Program-made: the position numbers and the translations under genes
NCBI GenBank assembly: GCA_013287645.1
Contig: JABDDJ010000001.1
Location: forward strand, 28,419 to 92,418
Length of the DNA stretch: 64,000 bases
Source of the DNA: Chlamydiota bacterium
Lineage (GTDB): Bacteria; Chlamydiota; Chlamydiia; Chlamydiales; JABDDJ01
Direction of reading: 5' to 3'
Shown here: positions 44,560 through 53,452 of the stretch, piece after piece
Position numbering within the stretch: the stretch's first letter is position 1
Layout: every line of letters begins with the position of its first letter
The notes under the pieces: generated by a model
Databases searched by the model: none
What the model was told of the DNA's origin: nothing
What the model saw: only the letters and a program-made list of their open reading frames with translations

Positions 44560-46161
44560 TTAGTTTGTGATTTTTCTGGCTTTGGAGGAATTGTTGAGAG
44601 CGTAGGAGGGCATTTTGGCATTGCAATAGTTTTCTAGAGCATGGTGGTGCAGGTTTAGAGCTCGAAGCGTAGGATGATCATTGAATTTTTGAGTGCCTTT
44701 GGGTGTTATATCGGAATTTTCGGCATTAAAATAGAGTAAGTTTTTTTGGTAAGTCAATATTTTATCGATGGTGGTATCTCCTATCTCACTTTCAGATAGA
44801 TCCAAAGCTGTTAAATTTGGCAGATGAGGTAGAATAAGAGCTACTTCCACATTTTTTAATTTATCTTTCCTATCGCTTAAAGCTAAAGATATTAGGTTGG
44901 GAAGCGGTTTCAACAAAGAATCAAGTAAGCTTGGTGCCAATGATGAATTGATACAGTGCAATTTTTCTAAATTTTCAAGGTTAAGAGCCTCAATATGTAA
45001 AAATCTGATTTCCAGCTCTTTAAGAGAGGGAAATGCATTAAAAATTGTGAATAATTGACCTGGTTTTGGTTTTACTATTTTAAAGAAGCCATCATCTAAT
45101 GCTAAAATAGAAAGATGTCGACAAGGAGTCTTTTTAGAATTTAGAGCTTTAATGATTTGTTCAGAAAAAAAACTTAAATGATGGACTTTTATGCTCATTA
45201 ATTTTTGGCCCAACACTTCAACTAGGTGGACAAAACATCCATTGCAATATTCATTGAAAAGCTTTTGGCTTTCATAATGAATTTCTTTGACATGATCCAA
45301 CTTCGCTAAATCATCAATAGCTTGATACATCTCTTTAAATGCTTGTTCACTATCAATTCGAGTCATACAAATTTTTAGACTTGTCTCCTTTAAATTAGGC
45401 AACCCGGAAAGGACAGATAGTGTCATCAGGGGATTTGAAACGGGTTCTCTTGAAAAAGGATTTCCAACAATATTCTCTAAGAAATGTGTGTGTTCAACTT
45501 TTAGTGAAACTAAAGATGTCGCTGTTGAGAGTTCATTTAATACGGTAGGTGGAATAAACCCATTTAATGTGAGATGTTTTAATGATTGGAGCTTTGTTAC
45601 AATCGTTTTTAAAGAGAACTTTACATCAGATTTGATTGTCAATATCTCTACAGAATGAAATCTACGGATTTCACTGACCTCAAAAGACGAACTTTTTAAC
45701 GTCACTTTTAGTTCCTTAAGCGAAATGCAAGGAGTTGTGTTTTCTTCAAACTTCCAAAGATGCTTACAGTTAGAAAGGGTAAGCTTTTGTAACCGTGTAT
45801 GATCAAAGATAGGCTTTAATGTTTTTAATCTTTCATTGCAGTAAGAGGGCTTAAGAGAAAACTCTTCTAATTTCTCCAAACTCATTAAAGTCACTAATTC
45901 AAAATGGCCTATATTGCTGTCTCTTAAGGTCAATGAGGTTAGGTTAGGAAAAGTTTTAATAATCCATTGAGGGCATAAGGTAGTAATTTTTTTAACCCAC
46001 CTAGGCTGTTGTTTTTCTTCTTCAAAGGGCATGTGGGATAGGTCTAAAGAAGTAACAGCAGCACCGTATTCCTCAAAATTAGATACCCACTTTGGTGGAA
46101 AGTCTAAGCTGCCATTATTGCGAAAATAGGCTTGTTCAAATCTTATTGGATATATGCTCAT
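44560..46161 (-). CDS. Leucine-rich repeat protein (RNI/FBXL-like LRRs), effector-like
   Basis: 533 aa with ~24-28-aa repeats carrying LxxLxLxxC/N patterns throughout ([55 protein letters not shown]). AT-rich (15 G+C in nt 45121-45180). ATGA overlap with the gltX stop. Confidence 0.8.
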   Translation of the reverse strand: MSIYPIRFEQAYFRNNGSLDFPPKWVSNFEEYGAAVTSLDLSHMPFEEEKQQPRWVKKITTLCPQWIIKTFPNLTSLTLRDSNIGHFELVTLMSLEKLEEFSLKPSYCNERLKTLKPIFDHTRLQKLTLSNCKHLWKFEENTTPCISLKELKVTLKSSSFEVSEIRRFHSVEILTIKSDVKFSLKTIVTKLQSLKHLTLNGFIPPTVLNELSTATSLVSLKVEHTHFLENIVGNPFSREPVSNPLMTLSVLSGLPNLKETSLKICMTRIDSEQAFKEMYQAIDDLAKLDHVKEIHYESQKLFNEYCNGCFVHLVEVLGQKLMSIKVHHLSFFSEQIIKALNSKKTPCRHLSILALDDGFFKIVKPKPGQLFTIFNAFPSLKELEIRFLHIEALNLENLEKLHCINSSLAPSLLDSLLKPLPNLISLALSDRKDKLKNVEVALILPHLPNLTALDLSESEIGDTTIDKILTYQKNLLYFNAENSDITPKGTQKFNDHPTLRALNLHHHALENYCNAKMPSYALNNSSKARKITN

Positions 46162-47675
46162 GTGGCTTTAGTTTCCAACAGATCGGCACACTTTTTATCC
46201 CGCCACGCTTTTTGGAGTAGGGTATGTTTCTTATTGGAGAGTCCTCCTAAAAACTCCATGGCGCGGAGAAGGCGGGCTCGTGTACGGTCTTTGCCTAGGA
46301 TTTCGGCCGAATCAAACAAGGGTGGTCCGTGGCTTTTACCCATGAGGCTTCCGAAGAGGATGGGCATAAGGATTTTTTTGTGATTGACTCCAAAAGCTTC
46401 TGCAACTACTCTAGAAGCTTGATTTAGGCCTTCACCACCCCAATTTTCTTGCTCGTCGAGAGACCAGATGATACTTTGGATGATCATACAGGTAGATTCT
46501 GGTGTGAGTCCTTTGGGCGTCAGTAGCTCGTTGGTATATTTCAGATTGTTTATAAAAAAGAAGTCGCACAGCTCCATAAAATCACCAAAGGTCTTGACGC
46601 GAGTATGGATGAGCGGCATAAGCCTCTGCATATACTCGTCGCTATAGTTCCATTGGCGCAGGCGTTGCCAGAGCTGATCAGGTGTGATTGAATTGATGAG
46701 GTAGTGCTGATTGAGCCATTCGAGCTTATGGATATCGAAAACTGCGCCTGAGACACCAATACGAGATGGATCGAAGGCGGTGATAATCTCGTCTAATTTG
46801 TAAATTTCTTGGTCGTTGGGCATGCTATAGCCCATGAGTGTCAAGAAGTTAATAAAGGCTTCTCGCAAATAGCCGCTGTCACGGTAGTAAAAAATAGAAG
46901 TAGGATTGCGCCGTTTAGAGAGTTTTTTTCCATCGGTACCGAGCAGGAGTGGCATATGCATAAACTGGGGTGGTTCCCATCCAAAAGCTTCGTACAAAAA
47001 GACATGTTTGGGTGTCGAGCTCATCCATTCGTCCCCGCGAATGACATGGCTTATTTTCATGAGTCTGTCGTCGACGACATTGGCTAAATGGTAAGTAGGG
47101 AACTGGTCGGATTTGAGCAGTACTTGGTCGTCAATATCTGCCCAGGGTACAGTGACACGACCTTTGATGGCATCGATATACTCGCATTCTCCCCTTAAAG
47201 GGATTTTCAGGCGGATGACATAGGGTCTGCCCTCTGCTTCACGCAAAGCCACCTCTTCGGGGCTTAAGTTGCGGCAGCGGCGGTCATAACCGGGTCGATG
47301 GCCTAGTTTGGCTTGGAGTTCTCGCATCTCTTCGAGCTCTTCCGCTGTACAGAAGCATTTATAGGCCATTCCTTTGTCGAGAAGTATCTGTGCGTGCTGC
47401 TGATAGATTTCGGTGCGCTCTGACTGGCGGTAAGGGGCATAAGGACCGCCGACATCGGGGCCTTCATCCCAATGGATTCCACACCAATGGAGAGCTTTAT
47501 AGATATTCTCCTCATATTCTGGGCGGCTTCTTGTACGGTCGGTATCTTCAATTCTAAGGATAAATGTGCCGCCATGATGGCGGGCAAATATGAGATTAAA
47601 TAGAGCCATGTAGGCGGTACCTACGTGGGGATCGCCTGTAGGTGACGGCGCAATACGCACTCGAACATTACTCAT
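46158..47675 (-). CDS. gltX: Glutamyl-tRNA synthetase
   Basis: Contains [16 protein letters not shown] (HIGH) and KLSKR (KMSKS). Confidence 0.95.
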   Translation of the reverse strand: MSNVRVRIAPSPTGDPHVGTAYMALFNLIFARHHGGTFILRIEDTDRTRSRPEYEENIYKALHWCGIHWDEGPDVGGPYAPYRQSERTEIYQQHAQILLDKGMAYKCFCTAEELEEMRELQAKLGHRPGYDRRCRNLSPEEVALREAEGRPYVIRLKIPLRGECEYIDAIKGRVTVPWADIDDQVLLKSDQFPTYHLANVVDDRLMKISHVIRGDEWMSSTPKHVFLYEAFGWEPPQFMHMPLLLGTDGKKLSKRRNPTSIFYYRDSGYLREAFINFLTLMGYSMPNDQEIYKLDEIITAFDPSRIGVSGAVFDIHKLEWLNQHYLINSITPDQLWQRLRQWNYSDEYMQRLMPLIHTRVKTFGDFMELCDFFFINNLKYTNELLTPKGLTPESTCMIIQSIIWSLDEQENWGGEGLNQASRVVAEAFGVNHKKILMPILFGSLMGKSHGPPLFDSAEILGKDRTRARLLRAMEFLGGLSNKKHTLLQKAWRDKKCADLLETKAT

Positions 47676-47740
47676 GGGTTAACCTTTGCTTTCTGAGGCT
47701 GCCATTTTGCGTGATTGGTAGATTATTTTCCAGATCTATG

Positions 47741-47893
47741 AGAAAAAATGACAAAAGGACAAAGACATAAAGACAAGGGACAAAGACATTAAGGACAAAA
47801 AGGACTTTGAGGACAAGGACAAGTGAGTTCATATGTCCTTGTCCTCAAAGTCTTTTTTTTCCTTAATGTCTTTGTCCTTTTGTCATTTTTTCT
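47741..47893. repeat. ~150-bp palindrome built of AAGGACAA-type short-period units (GGAC family)
   Basis: Left arm is agaaaaaatgacaaaaggacaaagacat...ggacaaggaca. The right arm atgtccttgtcctcaaagtc...ccttttgtcattttttct is its reverse complement, apart from a 21-nt internal duplication in the left arm. Lies between tsp and gltX. Confidence 0.8.
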
Positions 47894-47910
47894 CTCTGAT
47901 CTCACTGGCC

Positions 47911-49866
47911 TCAATGTTTATTAGTGAGTATAATCTCGTCACGCATGACGTTGAAGGCTTCTTCTAGTTGGAAGTCGTTCTGGAAAACGTGCTTATTTTC
48001 AGCTTCTTCAATCTCTTCTTCATTTTTGCCCTTCTTTTTGAGTTCGGCAAGGAATTCCTCATAGAGTTTATTGTGGGCAATGCGATAGGCGCTATTGGCT
48101 TTTAGGAGATCTAGGAGCTTTTTATTGACGGGTATTTTTTGTTGTAAATCATATTTATAAAATAGTGCGATGCGTGCGCGTTGTGTGAAGGGCACATCAG
48201 AGAGGTCATCGTCATAATTTTCTTTGATTCTGTCCGAATCGAGGGGATATTTAGTAAATTTCTCCCCAATTTCCAGTTCTGAAAGTGATCCAGGAATCAC
48301 AATATCAGACTGGACGCCATTCAACTGTGGGGTCTTGCCAGAAACTGTGTAGTACCTTCCGCGTGTCACTTTGTACTCCCCTTCCGGATTGGCATTTCCG
48401 GTCGCGGAAGGATTTAAAGTAAATGTTTGAAAAGACCCTTTTCCATAAGAGTGGTCATCGCCAATAATAAATGCTCTACCATAATCTTGGAGGGCCTGAG
48501 CGACAATTTCACTGGCAGAAGCGCTTCCTCGGTTAATCAAAACAACTAGTGGCCCATCCCAAACTGTGGTTCCATCTAAATCGCGTAGATGCTGGATATG
48601 TCCGTTTTCGTCTTTAATGGAAACTACTGTGCCTTTTGTAATGAATAAGCCTGTGACACTGACAGCCTGGGTTAAGAGACCTCCTGAGTTACTTCTGAGA
48701 TCCAAAATAACGCCAAGAACTTTATGCTCTTGCTTCATTTTTTCTAATTCACGCTCTATGTCTTGTGTGGAGGAACTCTCTTCATCTTGATAAAATGAAT
48801 AGAGGCGGAGATAGGCAATTCCTCCGTCACCAAAGGGAATAAAGTAGGCTTCGTAACGGCTCTCTTTAAGGATCACTTCTCCACGAGTAATAGTGATGTC
48901 CAGTTTTTCCTCTTTTTTCTTTTCGCCTTCTCCCTCTTCACGGATTACTGTCAATGTCACTTTTGTCCCTTTTTCTCCACGGATAAGATCAACAGCATCC
49001 ACGATATCCATCCCTACGACAGGCTCTCCATTCACAGCAATAATCCGATCCTTAGCCCGCAGCTCTTTCCCTTCTGCTGCTGGTCCGCCTTCTACTACCT
49101 TTACGATGGTAAATCCATTCAGATCATCGCGCAATTGTGCGCCGATACCAAAGAGTCTCTGCTGAACATTAATCATAAACTGTTTTGCTTCATCAGGCGT
49201 GAAGTAAGCTGTATGGGTATCGAGCGAAGCCGTGACTGCTTTTAGGACGTGTGTTAAAGTAAGTCTTTCGCGGAATGCGGGGTCGGGATTGAGGAAGTCA
49301 TCCTCGATCTTTGCTTGGCGCTTGGCAACCAACTGCATCATCTGGTCTTTATTTTCTGGGGCTAGCTTTGTAAAGGTCTCTAGCTGAAGTGCTCGTAATC
49401 GTGTGATGCGAGCCATGAGTTCATCGAGTGTTTTGGCCCAGGCAATATCTTTAAATTCTTCAGACCGGACATTTTTTGGGAGCTCATGCAATGCGATCTG
49501 TTTTTCCATCTCTCGTCTTCTGAGAATTGCAGATGCCATTTTTTGATCGATTTTTTCGAAAACAACAAAGGAATTATGGTGATAATCTTCAATAATTTCT
49601 TGTAACAAAGCATCGCTTGGCTTTAGCCATTCTATAATGTCTCCCTCGATAAAATAGGTTTTTGTGGGGTCTAAATTATCTAGATATATACCTAATGTGC
49701 GCTTAACAATTTCGGGAGTCAGCTCTTTATGAGTGGCATGCTGCGACATAATTTCTTGGACTTTTTCTGCTGTCGATTTGCTATCAATGGCAGGAAGTTT
49801 GGCGTCGAGAAAACCTATAAAAAAAAGATAGAAAAAAAATAGAACTTGAAAGAGTTGCCGCGGCAT
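47911..49866 (-). CDS. tsp: Tail-specific (C-terminal processing) protease, S41 family with PDZ domain
   Basis: PDZ domain (GFTIVKVVEGGPAAEGKELRAKDRIIAVNG) and S41 motifs DLRSNSGGLL and NRGSASASEI. Signal peptide runs from ATG 49866 (MPRQLFQVLFFFYLFFIGFLDA). The track start 49893 is TTG. Confidence 0.9.
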   Translation of the reverse strand: MPRQLFQVLFFFYLFFIGFLDAKLPAIDSKSTAEKVQEIMSQHATHKELTPEIVKRTLGIYLDNLDPTKTYFIEGDIIEWLKPSDALLQEIIEDYHHNSFVVFEKIDQKMASAILRRREMEKQIALHELPKNVRSEEFKDIAWAKTLDELMARITRLRALQLETFTKLAPENKDQMMQLVAKRQAKIEDDFLNPDPAFRERLTLTHVLKAVTASLDTHTAYFTPDEAKQFMINVQQRLFGIGAQLRDDLNGFTIVKVVEGGPAAEGKELRAKDRIIAVNGEPVVGMDIVDAVDLIRGEKGTKVTLTVIREEGEGEKKKEEKLDITITRGEVILKESRYEAYFIPFGDGGIAYLRLYSFYQDEESSSTQDIERELEKMKQEHKVLGVILDLRSNSGGLLTQAVSVTGLFITKGTVVSIKDENGHIQHLRDLDGTTVWDGPLVVLINRGSASASEIVAQALQDYGRAFIIGDDHSYGKGSFQTFTLNPSATGNANPEGEYKVTRGRYYTVSGKTPQLNGVQSDIVIPGSLSELEIGEKFTKYPLDSDRIKENYDDDLSDVPFTQRARIALFYKYDLQQKIPVNKKLLDLLKANSAYRIAHNKLYEEFLAELKKKGKNEEEIEEAENKHVFQNDFQLEEAFNVMRDEIILTNKH

Positions 49867-50177
49867 GTTAACCCCAATTAACGACTGTACCAAATATTTT
49901 TATCAGAATGGTCTTTGTTGTACAATGCAGGGATTTTACCATAGAGATCGCAGGGTAAAAATAAATCTCAAACTTTTTGAAAATTTTTGATGCAATTATT
50001 CTTTTAATTATGCATAATTTCAACCCAGATAGATGATTCGCTGCTGAATGGAGCGAAATATTTTTAAGATTTTATTAATAAATTACTTGATTTATATAAA
50101 TAAAAAAGATAAAATTTAACTTATGCTTTTAAATCAAGATCAAATTAGGTACTTTTAATAATTACAAGGAGGTTATT

Positions 50178-50633
50178 ATGCCTATTACTAAGGACACCAA
50201 AAAGTCCAAGCGCAAATCAGATAAAAAGAAATCTGACGCTAAAGTAGTTTCTATCACGGAAGCTGCTCGTATTAATGACGTTTCACGTCAAGCTATCTAT
50301 ATTGCTATTAAGCTTAATAAGCTAAAAGCACATAAAGAAACTACTCGTTGGACAATCAATCTAGCTGACTTAGAAGAATACCGTCGTCATAAGTATTCTC
50401 GCTCCAAGTCAACTTTTAATGGCGAGTTACTATTTGACAACGCTAAGGGCTACTATTCTATCAATCAAGTGGCTCGTATGCTCAAAGTTCCTGCCCAAAA
50501 GATCTACTATGCTACTCGCACTGGTTATCTTAAAGCAGTACGCAAAGGCGCTGCTTGGGTTATTCTCGAAGATAATATCAAGGAATACCGCAAGAGCTTT
50601 TTGAACAAAAAGAATAAGCGTAAAGCTAGCTAA
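50178..50633 (+). CDS. euo: EUO-like tandem helix-turn-helix DNA-binding protein
   Basis: Two excisionase/MerR-type HTH repeats (ITEAARINDVSRQAIYIAIKLNKLKA; SINQVARMLKVPAQKIYYATRTGYLKA). Its position directly upstream of recJ-secDF matches C. trachomatis euo (CT446) as I recall it. Strong RBS (aaggagg). Confidence 0.6.
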   Translation: MPITKDTKKSKRKSDKKKSDAKVVSITEAARINDVSRQAIYIAIKLNKLKAHKETTRWTINLADLEEYRRHKYSRSKSTFNGELLFDNAKGYYSINQVARMLKVPAQKIYYATRTGYLKAVRKGAAWVILEDNIKEYRKSFLNKKNKRKAS

Positions 50634-50652
50634 TCTATAATCTAGCTATATA

Positions 50653-50700
50653 ATTGGTTCGTGCACGGGCACGAGCGCGGGCACGAACCAATCTTTCTTC
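50653..50700 (+). terminator. Hairpin terminator after the euo-like gene
   Basis: Stem attggttcgtgc (50653-50664) pairs with gcacgaaccaat (50681-50692), followed by a T-rich tail. Confidence 0.7.
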
Positions 50701-51010
50701 TCATATTTCTTTCCTTGACAAGTCTAAAATATCCGTTACAATAAGCTTAAGTTTTATAAACAGATCAGTGAATCATAAGTATTCGAAAAAGCAAGTGTAA
50801 GGAATGTAAATAAAGAGTTAGTTATACGTGTCCAGGCATGTCGATTCATGCCTTTCACAGCTTATGTACAAGGTAATGCCCTAGCTTTATTAGCTACGCA
50901 TGTTTGCACCTCGTACGCCTCTTTCGCTGCGCTTGGTGTGACCCACCCAATGCGCTCGCACTCTTGCACCTGGAGGTATTCTTGATTGCTGGTCGCAATT
51001 GGAGCAAACA

Positions 51011-52783
51011 ATGCTTCCTTGGCATAGTAATCCTGAAGGCCCGCTGTGGGTGTACCCTCCTAGTAATGAGACTTGGAAAAATAAGATCGTTGAAGAATTT
51101 AATATCCATCCTGTTACCGCTCAGATTCTTGTCACTCGCGGTTTTACTTCTTTAGATGAGATCCACCACTATCTTTACGCAAAGTTGCCTGATCTCTTTG
51201 ATCCTTTTTTGATGGAGGGGATGGATCGTGCGGTTCAGCGCGTAGCTGCAGCAATCAAAAATAAAGAGTGCATCTTGATTTATGGAGATAATGACGTCGA
51301 TGGAATGACAGGAACAGCGCTTCTGGTCGAGTTTTTGCAATACATTGGGGCGAAAGTCTGCTTTTATGTATCGAGTCCTGGCAGTTCCCGTCAAAATCAG
51401 ATTGTTGAGGCACTAGAGTACGCTCATCAGTTCGAGTGTCGATTGATGATTACGGTCGATTGCGGCATTACTGCAGCCGTCGAAATAGCTCGAGTGAACG
51501 ACGCCAATATTGATGTCATTGTGACAGATCATCATGAGCCTACAGAGACCTTGCCGCGTTGCGTTTCTATTCTGAATCCCAAATTGAGCACAAATACCTA
51601 TCCAAATAGAGACCTAACAGGTGTTGGAGTGGCTTTTAAGTTAGCGCATGGCATCACGAAGCAGCTGATAGCTGACGGTACGATTGCACCTAAAAAAGTG
51701 GACCTTAAGCGCTATTTAGATCTGGTTGCTTTAGGGACTATCTCCGACATGGGAGCTTTGCTAAGTGAAAATCGCATCCTAGTAAGATATGGCTTACGCC
51801 AGCTCCGCAAGACAAAGCGCATTGGTTTAGCAAAATTGATTTCAATTTCAGATCCCGAGTTGGAGATGGGAGAGGTTTCGACCTATACTGTAGCCTCTAA
51901 GATAGCTCCAAGATTAAACAGTTTAGGAAGAATTGATGATCCTCGTAAAGGTGTCGAGCTTCTATTGGTTAGAAATACGCAGATGGCCGAGAAGATGGCC
52001 CTTGAACTTGATCTGAATAATATTGAGAGACAGCGTATAGAAAGGACCATGTCAAACGATATCGAGACTAAACTCGCGGCACATCCAGACCTATTTCAGC
52101 GCAAAGCGATCGTTATCTCCTCTGACAGCTGGCATCCTGGCATTATTGCTATTTTATCGACACGGATTTCCAAATATTACAATCGCCCTACGATTATGAT
52201 CTCTGTTGAGGAGGGAATTGGAAAAGGATCAGTCCGGTCTATTCCTGAATTTCCTGTGCTGGATGTATTAAAAGGCTGTTCAGACCTTTTGCTCAATTAT
52301 GGGGGCCATGACTTAGCAGCAGGGTTAACGATTAAGGTTGAGAACATTTTACAGTTTACTGAGCGCTTTATTTCTGCCGCGGAGCAGCGATTGCAGAGTC
52401 AAGATATTATGAATAAGCTCTATCTAGATGCAGAGGTACATCTACGTGACTTAACCTTTGATTTGATGGAGTCGATAAGTTTGCTCGCACCTTATGGGAA
52501 TGAGAATCCACAGCCCTTGCTATATTGTACGGCAAAACAGGCGTGGCCTCCTAAGGTAGTGGGCAAAAATCATTTAAAACTTTATTTAGAAGAGATGAAT
52601 GATCCAGGATTAGTGATAGAGGGCATTGCTTTTGGCCGTGCGCATGCTGGGGAGGGACTACGCAAAAAAAATCTAGCTATAGAGGTTGCGTTTACTCCAC
52701 AGATCAATAACTATCTTGGGCCTAGCATCCAGCTCTTGGTGAGAGATTTCAAAATCAAAGAAACCCTGAAAGTGACATCATGA
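51011..52783 (+). CDS. recJ: Single-stranded-DNA-specific exonuclease RecJ
   Basis: DHH motifs (YGDNDVDGMTG, VTDHHEP) and a DHHA1 domain (GGHDLAAG). The track start 50999 is TTG; the first ATG is at 51011. Confidence 0.95.
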   Translation: MLPWHSNPEGPLWVYPPSNETWKNKIVEEFNIHPVTAQILVTRGFTSLDEIHHYLYAKLPDLFDPFLMEGMDRAVQRVAAAIKNKECILIYGDNDVDGMTGTALLVEFLQYIGAKVCFYVSSPGSSRQNQIVEALEYAHQFECRLMITVDCGITAAVEIARVNDANIDVIVTDHHEPTETLPRCVSILNPKLSTNTYPNRDLTGVGVAFKLAHGITKQLIADGTIAPKKVDLKRYLDLVALGTISDMGALLSENRILVRYGLRQLRKTKRIGLAKLISISDPELEMGEVSTYTVASKIAPRLNSLGRIDDPRKGVELLLVRNTQMAEKMALELDLNNIERQRIERTMSNDIETKLAAHPDLFQRKAIVISSDSWHPGIIAILSTRISKYYNRPTIMISVEEGIGKGSVRSIPEFPVLDVLKGCSDLLLNYGGHDLAAGLTIKVENILQFTERFISAAEQRLQSQDIMNKLYLDAEVHLRDLTFDLMESISLLAPYGNENPQPLLYCTAKQAWPPKVVGKNHLKLYLEEMNDPGLVIEGIAFGRAHAGEGLRKKNLAIEVAFTPQINNYLGPSIQLLVRDFKIKETLKVTS

Positions 52784-53319
52784 CAATCACAAAGGCACTA
52801 GAACCCCTTGTAAATCTTTACAATCGTGTAGAAAGCTATGTTCATTTAGAAAAGCCTACACAATATGCTAAAAATTGGTTAAACCATCATCCAGAAGCAC
52901 TTAAGGCTAATGTCTTAGCGTGGCATGTATTTTATACAGGTACAATGGTAGCCTTTGTGACCTTCCTTCCTTTTTCTACTGTGACCAATTGTGCATTAAG
53001 TTTAGTAGCTGGTGTATCTTATCGAATTGGAATAGCAGGAAATTGCCCATTCAAATTCTCCATTCCCGCATGTTTGGGCGCAATGGCATTTTTGACTTCG
53101 AAAAGTTCATTATTGTTAATTATTAATGGACTGGCGTTCAAGTCGTTAGCTACTTACGCCATAGCAATCTTGGGGATAACACCTCTTGTTTTGTATGCAT
53201 TGTGTATTGTGATAATCACTCATCGAGATGTCGAAGAGTATATCCAAAACTTACCTAAAGACCCCGGTAGCTGCTGCGTGAAATTGTCAAAACCCTTAGA
53301 GAGAACAACCAAAACATAA
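52780..53319 (+). CDS. Small polytopic membrane protein of unknown function (possibly Inc-like)
   Basis: 179 aa. Paired hydrophobic helices (VLAWHVFYTGTMVAFVTFLPF...ALSLVAGVSYRIGIAG) plus two more. ATGA overlap with the recJ stop. Confidence 0.55.
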   Translation: MTITKALEPLVNLYNRVESYVHLEKPTQYAKNWLNHHPEALKANVLAWHVFYTGTMVAFVTFLPFSTVTNCALSLVAGVSYRIGIAGNCPFKFSIPACLGAMAFLTSKSSLLLIINGLAFKSLATYAIAILGITPLVLYALCIVIITHRDVEEYIQNLPKDPGSCCVKLSKPLERTTKT

Positions 53320-53420
53320 AGATAATTAATAACTCACCTTACGCAAACAACAAACAAATATTCTTCGCGTTTTCTTCTTCTTCTTCGCGACCTTCGTGGT
53401 TAAAAATCAGAGTAAAATCA

Positions 53421-53451
53421 ATAGCCGCGGCTTTTTAGGGCCGCGGGCTAT
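53421..53451. terminator. Bidirectional hairpin between convergent genes
   Basis: Stem atagccgcggc pairs with gccgcgggctat around the loop tttttagg, with T-runs on both strands. Lies between 52780..53319(+) and secDF(-). Confidence 0.65.
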
Positions 53452-53452
53452 T

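Noticed and set aside
50087-50115. Sigma70/66-like promoter TTGATT-17 nt-TAAAAT upstream of the euo-like gene.
   Set aside because: The region is extremely AT-rich, so such hexamer pairs arise by chance. There is no transcript data, so I did not list it as a feature.
50701-51010. The ~310-nt gap between the euo terminator and recJ, with a small hairpin (aggcatg...catgcct, somewhere in 50821-50860), as a possible sRNA or tRNA.
   Set aside because: The hairpin has a 6-nt loop and no tRNA cloverleaf context. I saw no conserved motif and cannot support an RNA gene from sequence alone.
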